A program made the translations under genes and the position numbers. Under the pieces are notes generated by a model that was not told the origin of the DNA, made no database searches, and saw only the letters and a program-made list of their open reading frames with translations. Positions 16,425 to 24,529 of a stretch of 34,624 nt of DNA are shown here, piece by piece; position 1 is the stretch's first letter, and every line of letters starts with the position of its first letter. Location of the stretch: positions 1-34,624 of the IMG/VR virus record IMGVR_UViG_3300043171_000124, one strand, 5' to 3'. Source of the DNA: a virus (taxonomy: Duplodnaviria > Caudoviricetes).

Positions 16425-16975
16425 ATATCAATTAAGCTCATTATTATGGGTTTATAGATAAGTTCTTAAATTTAGTTTTGTTAATATTCTCGTATAGCCC
16501 TACCAAGAAGCTAACTAAAATTAGTCTCACTTTAACGAGTGGGTCTATACGAGAATTATTCTAGTATCTTGGTAGGGTGCTTCTATAATTCTTCAAATGA
16601 ATATCAACTTCAATTTACCATAATAAAATCTTACTGAAAAAAAACTCTGTATAAAGAAATTTATACGACTGGAGAGGTTATAGAGTGTCCTCAGACCGAT
16701 GGCTCGTATGTTGAGCGAAGAAATGATATAGACTCCTAAACAGGCGACATTTAGTTGTGTGCTGTAGGTAATACAAGGGAATGGCATCCGCCTTGTTAAA
16801 TGTGTATATTCCTAGCGTGTAATAAGTGCTAGGGTATGTGTAAGCAAACGACGGCTCCGAAGTCATTTTTGTTGCATACTTTTATGAGAAATTTATCTAA
16901 TCGTATTTTTTCTCAGGATATTTGTATGCTTCGCTTCACTCCTTCCTAAGTCATATTACTTTAAGAGAGTAATTA
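16425..16975 (+). ncRNA. Hairpin-dense ORF-free region; candidate large ncRNA and/or replication origin
   Basis: Crossing 12-bp and 11-bp stems (16486-16577) and many hairpins, e.g. GTATAAA-GAAA-TTTATAC, ACATTTAG/TTAAATGT, TTCCTAGC/GCTAGGG, GCATAC/GTATGC. Confidence 0.5.
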
Positions 16976-16998
16976 ATAAATATAAGAGAGATTAAGAA

Positions 16999-17277
16999 AT
17001 GAATATAGAAGAAGCTAGTGAAAAATATTGCCCGATGAACGGCAGTAATTGTGTTACTGAAAAGTGTATGTTTTGGAATACTACAGTAGATGGTAAAAAG
17101 GAAGTTGATAGATATAAAATTCCTTATGATACATATCCAATGGACGCTGGAAATAAAGGCAGACAGTTAAAAGCAGATGGGTATATAGAAGAGTCATATG
17201 AAGTATATGTTAAGTATGAAGAAACTCACGAAGGTTATTGTAAATTCGATATTAACAATTCTAAAAAAATTAATTAG
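16999..17277 (+). CDS. Hypothetical Cys-rich protein
   Basis: EEASEKYCP...CVTEKCMFW...GYC pattern seen in phage proteins. Confidence 0.7.
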   Translation: MNIEEASEKYCPMNGSNCVTEKCMFWNTTVDGKKEVDRYKIPYDTYPMDAGNKGRQLKADGYIEESYEVYVKYEETHEGYCKFDINNSKKIN

Positions 17278-17322
17278 TCAGTAAAGAGATTAGTTATTAA
17301 AACTTAATAAGGGAATAAGAAA

Positions 17323-18069
17323 ATGAATGAAAAAACAATAGAGATTTTAAAAAAATCAACAGTTAGTGAAAATAGTGTTAAGTTACCAGATGTAATGCTA
17401 GATAGAAAAGAGTATATGGATGTTAAAAAAACATTAGAAGGGATTGGTGGAAAATGGAAAGGTGGGAAAACGAAAGCTTTTATTTTTACTCACGACCCAA
17501 AGCCTTTAATGGATGAGATTTTAGGTGGTAAAAAAGTAAATTTAAAAAAAGATTTTCAATTCTTTGGTACTCCTGAATTATTAGCAGATAGATTAGTGGA
17601 CCTTGCTGATATTTCAAAAGAGCATACATTCCTAGAACCGTCTGCTGGTCAAGGTGCAATTATTAAAGCAATCAGAAAAAAGGTTTTTACTAAGCCAATA
17701 GCGTATTATGAACTTATGCCTCAGAATAAAGACATCTTAAAAAAAATAGATGATAATATTTTGTTTCTTGGTGATAATTTTTTAGAACACAATATAGATA
17801 TTAAATTTGATAGAATCATCGCAAATCCGCCCTTTACAAAAAATCAAGACATTGACCACTTATGGAAGATGTATTATTGTTTAAATGATAAGGGGATATT
17901 AGTTTGTATTACCTCTACTAGCTGGTATAGAGGTTCACAAAAAAGACAAGTCGCTTTTAGAGAGTTTTTAGAAGAAGTAGATGCCGAAATTATAGAGGTT
18001 GAAGAGGGTGCTTTTAAAGAAAGTGGGACGAGTATTGCAACTTTAATTATTAAAATTACTAGAGTTTAA
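17323..18069 (+). CDS. Orphan N6-adenine DNA methyltransferase (motif I before IV)
   Basis: FFGTP, FLEPSAGQGAI (SAM-binding), IIANPPF (catalytic), GAFKESGT. Confidence 0.92.
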   Translation: MNEKTIEILKKSTVSENSVKLPDVMLDRKEYMDVKKTLEGIGGKWKGGKTKAFIFTHDPKPLMDEILGGKKVNLKKDFQFFGTPELLADRLVDLADISKEHTFLEPSAGQGAIIKAIRKKVFTKPIAYYELMPQNKDILKKIDDNILFLGDNFLEHNIDIKFDRIIANPPFTKNQDIDHLWKMYYCLNDKGILVCITSTSWYRGSQKRQVAFREFLEEVDAEIIEVEEGAFKESGTSIATLIIKITRV

Positions 18070-18350
18070 ATGACACCTCAACAACGTAAAAAGAAAAGCC
18101 GGCTTAAAAAAGTCCAAAAGATGAACAGAAAAAGAAATAAAGTTTATCAAGAGTATGTTAGATCACAGAGGAGTGAGGGATGAAAAGAGAAGAAGCATTA
18201 ACACATACAAAAGGAAGCTATACTCAAGAATTGTCAAAAAAAGATTTAGTTAATAAAATCTATGACGACTTTGAAAAACAACTAGAAGAAGCCAAAGCTC
18301 AAGGTTTTAGAGAAGCTATCAAAGAGATGGGGAAAGTGAAAGGATTGTAG

Positions 18351-18566
18351 ATGAAAAATGGAGATTATTGGTTTGTTGCATTTGAATTTCAAGCAACATT
18401 AGGAAACATTCAAAAAGGAAGCACAATTATAAAACTAGATAGAGATTTAGATTATGAAGTTTTATATGGCGATATAATAGAGTTTCTTCAAGATAAGTAC
18501 GATAAAAAAGGAGTTTACATTAGTGCTTTTAATAAAATAGGAAGCAAAGATGAACTGGAAAAGTAA
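18351..18566 (+). CDS. Hypothetical protein
   Basis: 71 aa within a run of short coupled ORFs (18070-18852). Confidence 0.6.
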   Translation: MKNGDYWFVAFEFQATLGNIQKGSTIIKLDRDLDYEVLYGDIIEFLQDKYDKKGVYISAFNKIGSKDELEK

Positions 18567-18852
18567 AGATTTAATATACAGTTATATGCTATTCGCCGGA
18601 GCGTGTGCTATTGTTGCAAGTGCTGTGTTTTGTTTGGTGAAGTATTGGGATAATGGGAGAGTGGTGTCAACCTTTATGTTTTAGATAATTAATGACACCA
18701 TAGTGTAAAATTGAGTTAAAAATAAAGGAGAAAAAATGAAAAAAGGTATTTTAAGATTAAAGTTTTTTATGGCAGTAGGCTTCACTTTAGGGATAGTGTT
18801 CTGGGGGACTATTATATATATCGCTTATCATTTTATTACAAAATATTGGTAG

Positions 18853-19152
18853 TTATGTTTTAGGTTGATACTCCAAGTGTATGTGGTCTTTCTCTAAGAC
18901 TACATCAAACTCATTACCTAATGCTACTTTTAAAAGTTTAGCTGCTTTTTTACCTTTGTCTTTAAAAAACCATGTTCTTAAATCTGCTCCTAATCCTAAA
19001 AAATGAAGTGAGCCTATTTTATGTTTACCATCTGTGACCGCTGTAACTACTAAGTCTTTACCTAGTTTTTTATATACGTCATTGGCAATAACTAAGCCTA
19101 ATAATAACTCAGTACGAATACCTTTAATCGACACACTTTTTTTTAATTGCAT
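18853..19152 (-). CDS. Endolysin, peptidase M15-like (Zn metallopeptidase)
   Basis: VVTAVTDGKH..SLHFLGLGADLR...DHIHLEY gives the H-x6-D...HxH zinc ligands; lies at the end of the late operon. Confidence 0.85.
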   Translation of the reverse strand: MQLKKSVSIKGIRTELLLGLVIANDVYKKLGKDLVVTAVTDGKHKIGSLHFLGLGADLRTWFFKDKGKKAAKLLKVALGNEFDVVLEKDHIHLEYQPKT

Positions 19153-19153
19153 T

Positions 19154-19384
19154 TTAAACCTTTCCGTATTTGACTAAACAAGCTGAAGCAGCAACAGCAG
19201 TAATTGCATATCTTCCCACTATATTATGTTTCCGTAAGCACTTTATAAAAACTTTTGTTTTACAATCATCATCGTGCTTCTCGCAACAATTTCCGATATA
19301 AACTTTTCTCCACATTGGAACATAAAACTTTCCTAGATACCATTGATACCAGTATTCAGGAAAGCCTGTACAAAAATCTTTCAT
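19154..19384 (-). CDS. Phospholipase A2-like miniprotein
   Basis: DFCTGFPE...CCEKHDDDC...FIKCL recalls the PLA2 CCxxHD active-site motif; SD AAGGA. Confidence 0.55.
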   Translation of the reverse strand: MKDFCTGFPEYWYQWYLGKFYVPMWRKVYIGNCCEKHDDDCKTKVFIKCLRKHNIVGRYAITAVAASACLVKYGKV

Positions 19385-19398
19385 TTATTTCCTTTACT

Positions 19399-19470
19399 TT
19401 ACTTCTTTTTCTTGGACTTACTGCTTGACTTTGTTGCGGTTCTTGATTTTGTTGTTCCTCTTTTAGGCAT
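19399..19470 (-). CDS. 23-aa highly basic peptide (not in ORF track)
   Basis: SD AAGGAGG 6 nt before ATG; MPKRGTTKSRTATKSSSKSKKKK; fills the gap in the operon. Confidence 0.6.
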   Translation of the reverse strand: MPKRGTTKSRTATKSSSKSKKKK

Positions 19471-19786
19471 GAGTTTCCTCCTTTAAATGATATTTGATTG
19501 TGATTGTTATAAAAGTTATAAACCCTATAATGTTTAAAAATTCGTAAAAAGCTACTTCTCCGGGAATGAAGAAAGTTGTTAAAAACCATAACTCACTTAA
19601 CAATAGTGCTATACATAAAAGAAAAAGTGATGTTCTGTACACATCAAATATAAACATATATTTAATATTATTTGGTGTCTTAGTACATTTAAACCATTTT
19701 GACACTGCATAAGTTACCCATAGTTTAAATCCTAACAGGATAACGTGAAATGAAAATGCAATAGCATCTAAATGTTCCAAACTCAT
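19463..19786 (-). CDS. Three-TM membrane protein; holin candidate
   Basis: Three hydrophobic segments; located upstream of the endolysin. Confidence 0.55.
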   Translation of the reverse strand: MSLEHLDAIAFSFHVILLGFKLWVTYAVSKWFKCTKTPNNIKYMFIFDVYRTSLFLLCIALLLSELWFLTTFFIPGEVAFYEFLNIIGFITFITITIKYHLKEETHA

Positions 19787-19804
19787 TATTTATTCCTTTC
19801 TTTT

Positions 19805-20098
19805 TTATGATGTCACTTTAGTTATTGAAGCACTAACCCATAAAACCCATACAAAAATGAGTCCTCCGAAAATAGACCAAACCCACTTCATTACTGTTGA
19901 TTTTCCTTTTTGAATGCCCTCTGTTTTTTCTATAGTAAGGTTTAATCTGTTTACAGCAACAGTGATTTTATCTAATTTGTCAGACAGTTTTTCAGCACTT
20001 TCTTTGTCGTTTATTCGCCTCTCTTTAATCAACTCAATAGAGGTAACAATCTCGCTTAGTTTTGCGTTTATTGCGTGTATTTCCTCTTTGTAGTCCAT
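19805..20098 (-). CDS. Coiled-coil protein with C-terminal TM (XhlA-like holin-associated)
   Basis: Heptad-rich N-terminus, then KWVWSIFGGLIFVWVLWV; lies between tail fibre genes and lysin. Confidence 0.65.
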   Translation of the reverse strand: MDYKEEIHAINAKLSEIVTSIELIKERRINDKESAEKLSDKLDKITVAVNRLNLTIEKTEGIQKGKSTVMKWVWSIFGGLIFVWVLWVSASITKVTS

Positions 20099-20107
20099 TT
20101 TTCTTCC

Positions 20108-20413
20108 CTATGCCGCATTTACACCAGTAACCAAAATATCCCATTCCGATGGAACAAAAGTTGTTGCTGTTGTAGTATTTGATATATAGATGCTATCGTT
20201 ATAAAATACTTGTCTCTCCGGTGGATAAGATTTAGTTTCGTACACGTTTACACTTTTGCCAACAATCGGCTTTGTATCATCATATACTTTAGCCATATTC
20301 AAATCTACTAAAACCTGCATTGTTTTTTCAGTAGCTCCGACAATCTCGATTTCTTCAATTAATCCTAAATCGTCATTCGTACAAGTTGCTATAATTCTCA
20401 TTTTATGCTCCAA
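20108..20413 (-). CDS. Hypothetical protein (C-terminal small beta/carbohydrate-binding-like repeat)
   Basis: YETKSYPPERQVFYNDSIYISN...FVPSEW resembles short CBM5/12-like modules. Confidence 0.55.
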   Translation of the reverse strand: MEHKMRIIATCTNDDLGLIEEIEIVGATEKTMQVLVDLNMAKVYDDTKPIVGKSVNVYETKSYPPERQVFYNDSIYISNTTTATTFVPSEWDILVTGVNAA

Positions 20414-20954
20414 ACAATTCTGTTAATTTAGCTTGTTTTGCTTCACTAGCAAGTCTCTTGGCTTCTTGAAGTTCCTGTTTTGTCACTTCTTGGTTTCCCC
20501 AATCCTCGCGCCATTTTCTTGTGTCTTTATCAAGCATAGTGTCTATCTCTAAAGATATGTTTGCTAGACTTTGGGGGTTGGCACTAAATTTAAATCCGGC
20601 AGGCACTTCACCCTCTAATGGTCTCTGCACTGTTAATTCAGAAAGAAATGTATCCATCGCTACCCATTTAACTGCGATTGCCTGCTTGTCTACTTCTGCT
20701 TGTATCTTAACCGCATCTTTTAAATATTTACCATTTTCATCAGGAGTCTGCAAATAAAAATCATAAAAATTACCATTAACATCTAATTCATATTCTATTA
20801 GTATTGGTAAATCATCAACATCAAAACCTCTTTTGAAGCCCTCGGGTAAAGGGGCGAACCAATTAGAAACTCTTTCATCTGAGTCTATTATTGTTGTAGC
20901 TTCGTCTATAAACTCAGTAGTCTGTCTTTGTGTTTGTGTGTTAAAGTATCTCAT
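20403..20954 (-). CDS. Putative tail fibre assembly chaperone (DUF4376-like C-terminus)
   Basis: Directly downstream of the tail fibre; 'FSANPQSLANI...WRED.GN.EVTKQELQEA' pattern. Confidence 0.65.
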   Translation of the reverse strand: MRYFNTQTQRQTTEFIDEATTIIDSDERVSNWFAPLPEGFKRGFDVDDLPILIEYELDVNGNFYDFYLQTPDENGKYLKDAVKIQAEVDKQAIAVKWVAMDTFLSELTVQRPLEGEVPAGFKFSANPQSLANISLEIDTMLDKDTRKWREDWGNQEVTKQELQEAKRLASEAKQAKLTELFGA

Positions 20955-22184
20955 CTATTTCCATCTCCCAGTTAATTTATATGTGATTCTACCTGTTCTT
21001 GTATTTACCGCTGACATTAACCAAGCTCTAGCAGTTGTTAGTGTTGGATACCCATTATAAGCACTAGTCCATACCACCGAGCTTGATTCATCTGTTGTAG
21101 CTACTTGTACTGGTATAGTAGTCACAAAAGCAATAGGTAAAGTCGATACATTTGGACTCTTTTTAAAAATATTACCCTCTGCCGCATCTACTGTTAAAAG
21201 GTTAGTATCAATGGTAGTTACCTCTAAATCCCCATTAGGATATTTAACATAACTACCATTGTCTGTACTACCTCTAATTGTACCATCAGGGTATATCAAA
21301 GCCGTTGGATTAGCACCTATTGCATCAGTATCAGTATAAGAAACACCTGCCCAATCTTGCCCCTCTGCTATTACGTCTGCCGTAGCATTAACCATATTGG
21401 TTTCAACAAAATCTTTTCTTGTTAAATCTTCATCTGCTATAGGAGTAATACCTTTCACTTGTCCTGTGAAGGTTGCACCAGCTAAAAGAGCATATAAAGT
21501 AGGATTAAAAACTGATGCTTTCGCAGCCCAATGCAGGGCTGAATAAACAGTAGGACTTCTATCGCTTGGTGAGCCATCTGTATATTCTTTTACAGCTACA
21601 TCTTCATCTTCGTTAGCCCAACTTCCTGCATCTAAGTTGCTATCTTCTGATGCTGAAGCACTATCTGCAGCAGATATAACAGCATCAGGTATAGTTGTAT
21701 CATTTTCAATCGCGTCTGCTGTGACATTCCATTTGAAATAAGCATCTGCTATTGGAGCAGGTAAATCAGCACTAACCCCTTGAACAGAAGCTGGAAGCCT
21801 TAGTTGTCTATCGCTATTCGCTTCTTGGTCCGCGATTAGATAAGTTTGATAGTTCTGATCTATATTTAAAGTATCCGCAAGTAAATCACCACTTGTTTGA
21901 AACTCTGTGTCACGATCAATATCTAATTCTCTAACTATTGTTATTGAATCATTTATTGTTGCTCCTGAAACAAGAGTAATGTCACCGCCTGTATCTCCTG
22001 TGATGCTTACTGTGTAATCTGTTGTGAGTGTTAACAAGTCTGCTGTGTCGTCTGCAACATCGCCTGCTGGTGTCTGATAGACTTTTATATCTCCATCATC
22101 GTATATTTTAAATAAGAAAGGGAAAACTGTTTGCCCTGCTGAAGCGGTTAGTTCTGTCCTTCCTGGGTTTGAATTAAATGCCAT
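20955..22184 (-). CDS. Tail fibre protein
   Basis: T7 gp17-like anchor (GQTVFPFLFKIYDDGDIKV...DYTVS...ITIVRE...LADTLNID), YSALHWA and GATFTG shaft motifs, NGSYVKYPNG...GRWK receptor-binding tip. Confidence 0.9.
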   Translation of the reverse strand: MAFNSNPGRTELTASAGQTVFPFLFKIYDDGDIKVYQTPAGDVADDTADLLTLTTDYTVSITGDTGGDITLVSGATINDSITIVRELDIDRDTEFQTSGDLLADTLNIDQNYQTYLIADQEANSDRQLRLPASVQGVSADLPAPIADAYFKWNVTADAIENDTTIPDAVISAADSASASEDSNLDAGSWANEDEDVAVKEYTDGSPSDRSPTVYSALHWAAKASVFNPTLYALLAGATFTGQVKGITPIADEDLTRKDFVETNMVNATADVIAEGQDWAGVSYTDTDAIGANPTALIYPDGTIRGSTDNGSYVKYPNGDLEVTTIDTNLLTVDAAEGNIFKKSPNVSTLPIAFVTTIPVQVATTDESSSVVWTSAYNGYPTLTTARAWLMSAVNTRTGRITYKLTGRWK

Positions 22185-22210
22185 GCTTTACTCCTGTTAT
22201 GTAATTATAC

Positions 22211-24529
22211 CTAATCTTGAATGAATTCTGTAATGCTTTCAACTGCTTCTCCTATTGGTTCTGTTGCTTCAGATACTATCTCTTGGGCTTCGTAAGCTCC
22301 TACTGCTTCTGTAACATCCTCGCGAGTGTCTTGAAGCCAATCAAACTTTTCTTGACCATATTCTTTCTTTCTTTTACGCTCTTTGCTTCTTTCAGATTTT
22401 TCATAATCTTCATCAAACATAATCTTTAGATTTCTTATTGCGTACTCATTCCAAATTGCTTGCGTGTACCAAGTCTTCACGGGGTTAGCGTGTCTGTTGG
22501 CAAAATCTATAAACTCTGAACCAAAATGAGTGTCTTCTCCAAGACCTAATTGTTGTAAATTTCCAATCGACAACTTTAAAGCATCTCCGATAACTCCCGC
22601 TGTTGGTCCGCCTGCTGTTATTCCTCTGCTTCCGCCAAATCTATTAACATCACTAAATAAAAAATCTCCAACAATTCCTATTCCCCCTCCTTGCATTGCC
22701 GCTGCTGCCCAAAACTTACGAACATCTTCTGCTGAGTTGTCTTCATCCCAAGGAACAAAACCTTTTCTTACTCCATAACCTTTCGAAGCATCTTTCCCCA
22801 TCATTGCTAAAGCACCTCCGGCAGTCATTAAAGTAAATAGCATTGCTCCATAAGCATATCTTCCTATGCCAGTATTTTGTCTAATCATTCTTGCACCTTG
22901 TTTCATCATAAAAGAGGCAGGGAATGTCATAAACTGCGTAGTGCTTCTTCTTATTTCGCCTGTTACTGTACCTTTTGCTTCTCCTGCAGTTGATATTGCT
23001 CTAGCTCTTGAATCTCCCATGATAACAGCATAGTCTGATTCTTCCATTACTTTTTCTAATAGTTCTATATGTTCGTCAACTGATAAGTTTTTTAGCTTTC
23101 TTTTTCCTAAAAGTTTTTTAAAGAATTGAGCCTTAAAAGACAGTCTTGCTGATTCGGTGAGAACATTCATCATAGTAGCTCTCATAACTGCTTCTGATGC
23201 AGTAGCCCACCATCCTGATCCAAGCTCACTAAATCTTCTTGTAACTTCTGAACCAAATACATCTGCACCTAATCCCATAAGTTGTTCTTCTTCAAATGTT
23301 CTTTTTCCACCTGCTCTTATAATGTTTTTGAAATAACCGCCCATTGTTACAAGAGGATTCATACCTTTATAACCTGCTGTGAATGAAGCAAGAATAGGGT
23401 CAGTTATTGTTGAAATTGCTGCATTGTTTAGAAGTGTTGCTGTGTTGATTGCTCGACCTGTTTGCAATGCTCTGCCAAAAACAAATCTTCCTGTGTCTCT
23501 ATCTACTTTCCCACTTACAACATCATACATTGCTTCTAGCGTATCTAATCCTGCTGCTGGCTTATCTTTGCCTGCTATAACATTTTTTGCTTCTACCCCA
23601 TCCATTAAAGTTTTAAACATTGCATCGGGGTTTGGTCCAAGAGTTTCGATAAGTGCCATATCTGTTGTCATTCTTCTTATATGATCGTCTATTGTTGCTA
23701 AAGGGTCTTTCGCTCCAAAGCGTTCTTGATAAGTAAGCCAAGACTCCCCATCTGCAAAATCTAACACTCTTTCTTCTGCGTGTTTGTTGGCAATAGATTT
23801 TCCTCTGCCTCCACTTACACCTGTTTCACTAATTTTATTAAGACCGTTAGTAGCGATAGTATCATATACATAGCCTAAATCTAATACACCTCTATCAATA
23901 TCCATTTTTGTTGTATCATCAAGTAAATCATAAGTAAATTTAGTCCACTCTTCTTTAGGTGTTTTCATAATTGTTAAAGCATCGTGCGACTGTGGTAAGT
24001 AACCTTTTCCTGTTCTTAATACTCCAACATCTCCACCAAACTTATTAAATCTTATTCGCATAAAATCTAATGCTTCTTTAGCTTCTCCTGCCATTTTTGT
24101 TGCTAAAGGATTTACTTTCTCTCCATCTATTACAGCTTTAACAAAATCTCTTCCAAGTTCAGTATTTCTTTTCAAGCCCCAAAGAGTTGTTGATAAGTTT
24201 TGCTTTAGTGTAGGGATAAAGCTTTCAACATAGCCTTGCAATGCTTTTTGTTTATATTCTACATTTGAATTTTGTGCTTTTGCCCAAGTATCATTAGTTA
24301 TTATTGCGACCAACCCTGCTTTTGGTCCTTCGGGATGAGTGTTTATTAAATTCTCTAATCTTCCATGCGCTTGAAGTCTCATTTCTAAAAGTTCTTTTGC
24401 TCTTGCATTTCTTGCTTTTAATTCTGCCAGTTTCTCTGTTTTGCTTGTTGCTGACTTCATATCATCTATAATATGTTGTGGCACATCTTTTAATAAGTCT
24501 GCGCAATCTCTATCTACTTGAGTAGGCAT
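22211..24529 (-). CDS. Large internal virion (ejection) protein
   Basis: 772 aa helical; YLPQSHD, GTVTGEIRRSTTQF, AAMQGGGIGIVGDFLF typical of BPP-1-like core proteins; precedes the tail fibre. Confidence 0.8.
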   Translation of the reverse strand: MPTQVDRDCADLLKDVPQHIIDDMKSATSKTEKLAELKARNARAKELLEMRLQAHGRLENLINTHPEGPKAGLVAIITNDTWAKAQNSNVEYKQKALQGYVESFIPTLKQNLSTTLWGLKRNTELGRDFVKAVIDGEKVNPLATKMAGEAKEALDFMRIRFNKFGGDVGVLRTGKGYLPQSHDALTIMKTPKEEWTKFTYDLLDDTTKMDIDRGVLDLGYVYDTIATNGLNKISETGVSGGRGKSIANKHAEERVLDFADGESWLTYQERFGAKDPLATIDDHIRRMTTDMALIETLGPNPDAMFKTLMDGVEAKNVIAGKDKPAAGLDTLEAMYDVVSGKVDRDTGRFVFGRALQTGRAINTATLLNNAAISTITDPILASFTAGYKGMNPLVTMGGYFKNIIRAGGKRTFEEEQLMGLGADVFGSEVTRRFSELGSGWWATASEAVMRATMMNVLTESARLSFKAQFFKKLLGKRKLKNLSVDEHIELLEKVMEESDYAVIMGDSRARAISTAGEAKGTVTGEIRRSTTQFMTFPASFMMKQGARMIRQNTGIGRYAYGAMLFTLMTAGGALAMMGKDASKGYGVRKGFVPWDEDNSAEDVRKFWAAAAMQGGGIGIVGDFLFSDVNRFGGSRGITAGGPTAGVIGDALKLSIGNLQQLGLGEDTHFGSEFIDFANRHANPVKTWYTQAIWNEYAIRNLKIMFDEDYEKSERSKERKRKKEYGQEKFDWLQDTREDVTEAVGAYEAQEIVSEATEPIGEAVESITEFIQD

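Noticed and set aside
16593-16866. Two overlapping minus-strand ORFs (64 and 62 aa)
   Set aside because: No SD, against the local gene direction, and within a region better explained by RNA or ssDNA structure.
19356-19589. 77-aa overlapping ORF as an embedded spanin (Rz1-like)
   Set aside because: No signal peptide or lipobox Cys. The interval is better explained by the 3-TM gene and the 23-aa peptide with a strong SD.
20955-22184. Diversity-generating retroelement, as in BPP-1
   Set aside because: No reverse transcriptase ORF, and no template/variable repeat pair noticed for the tail fibre tip.
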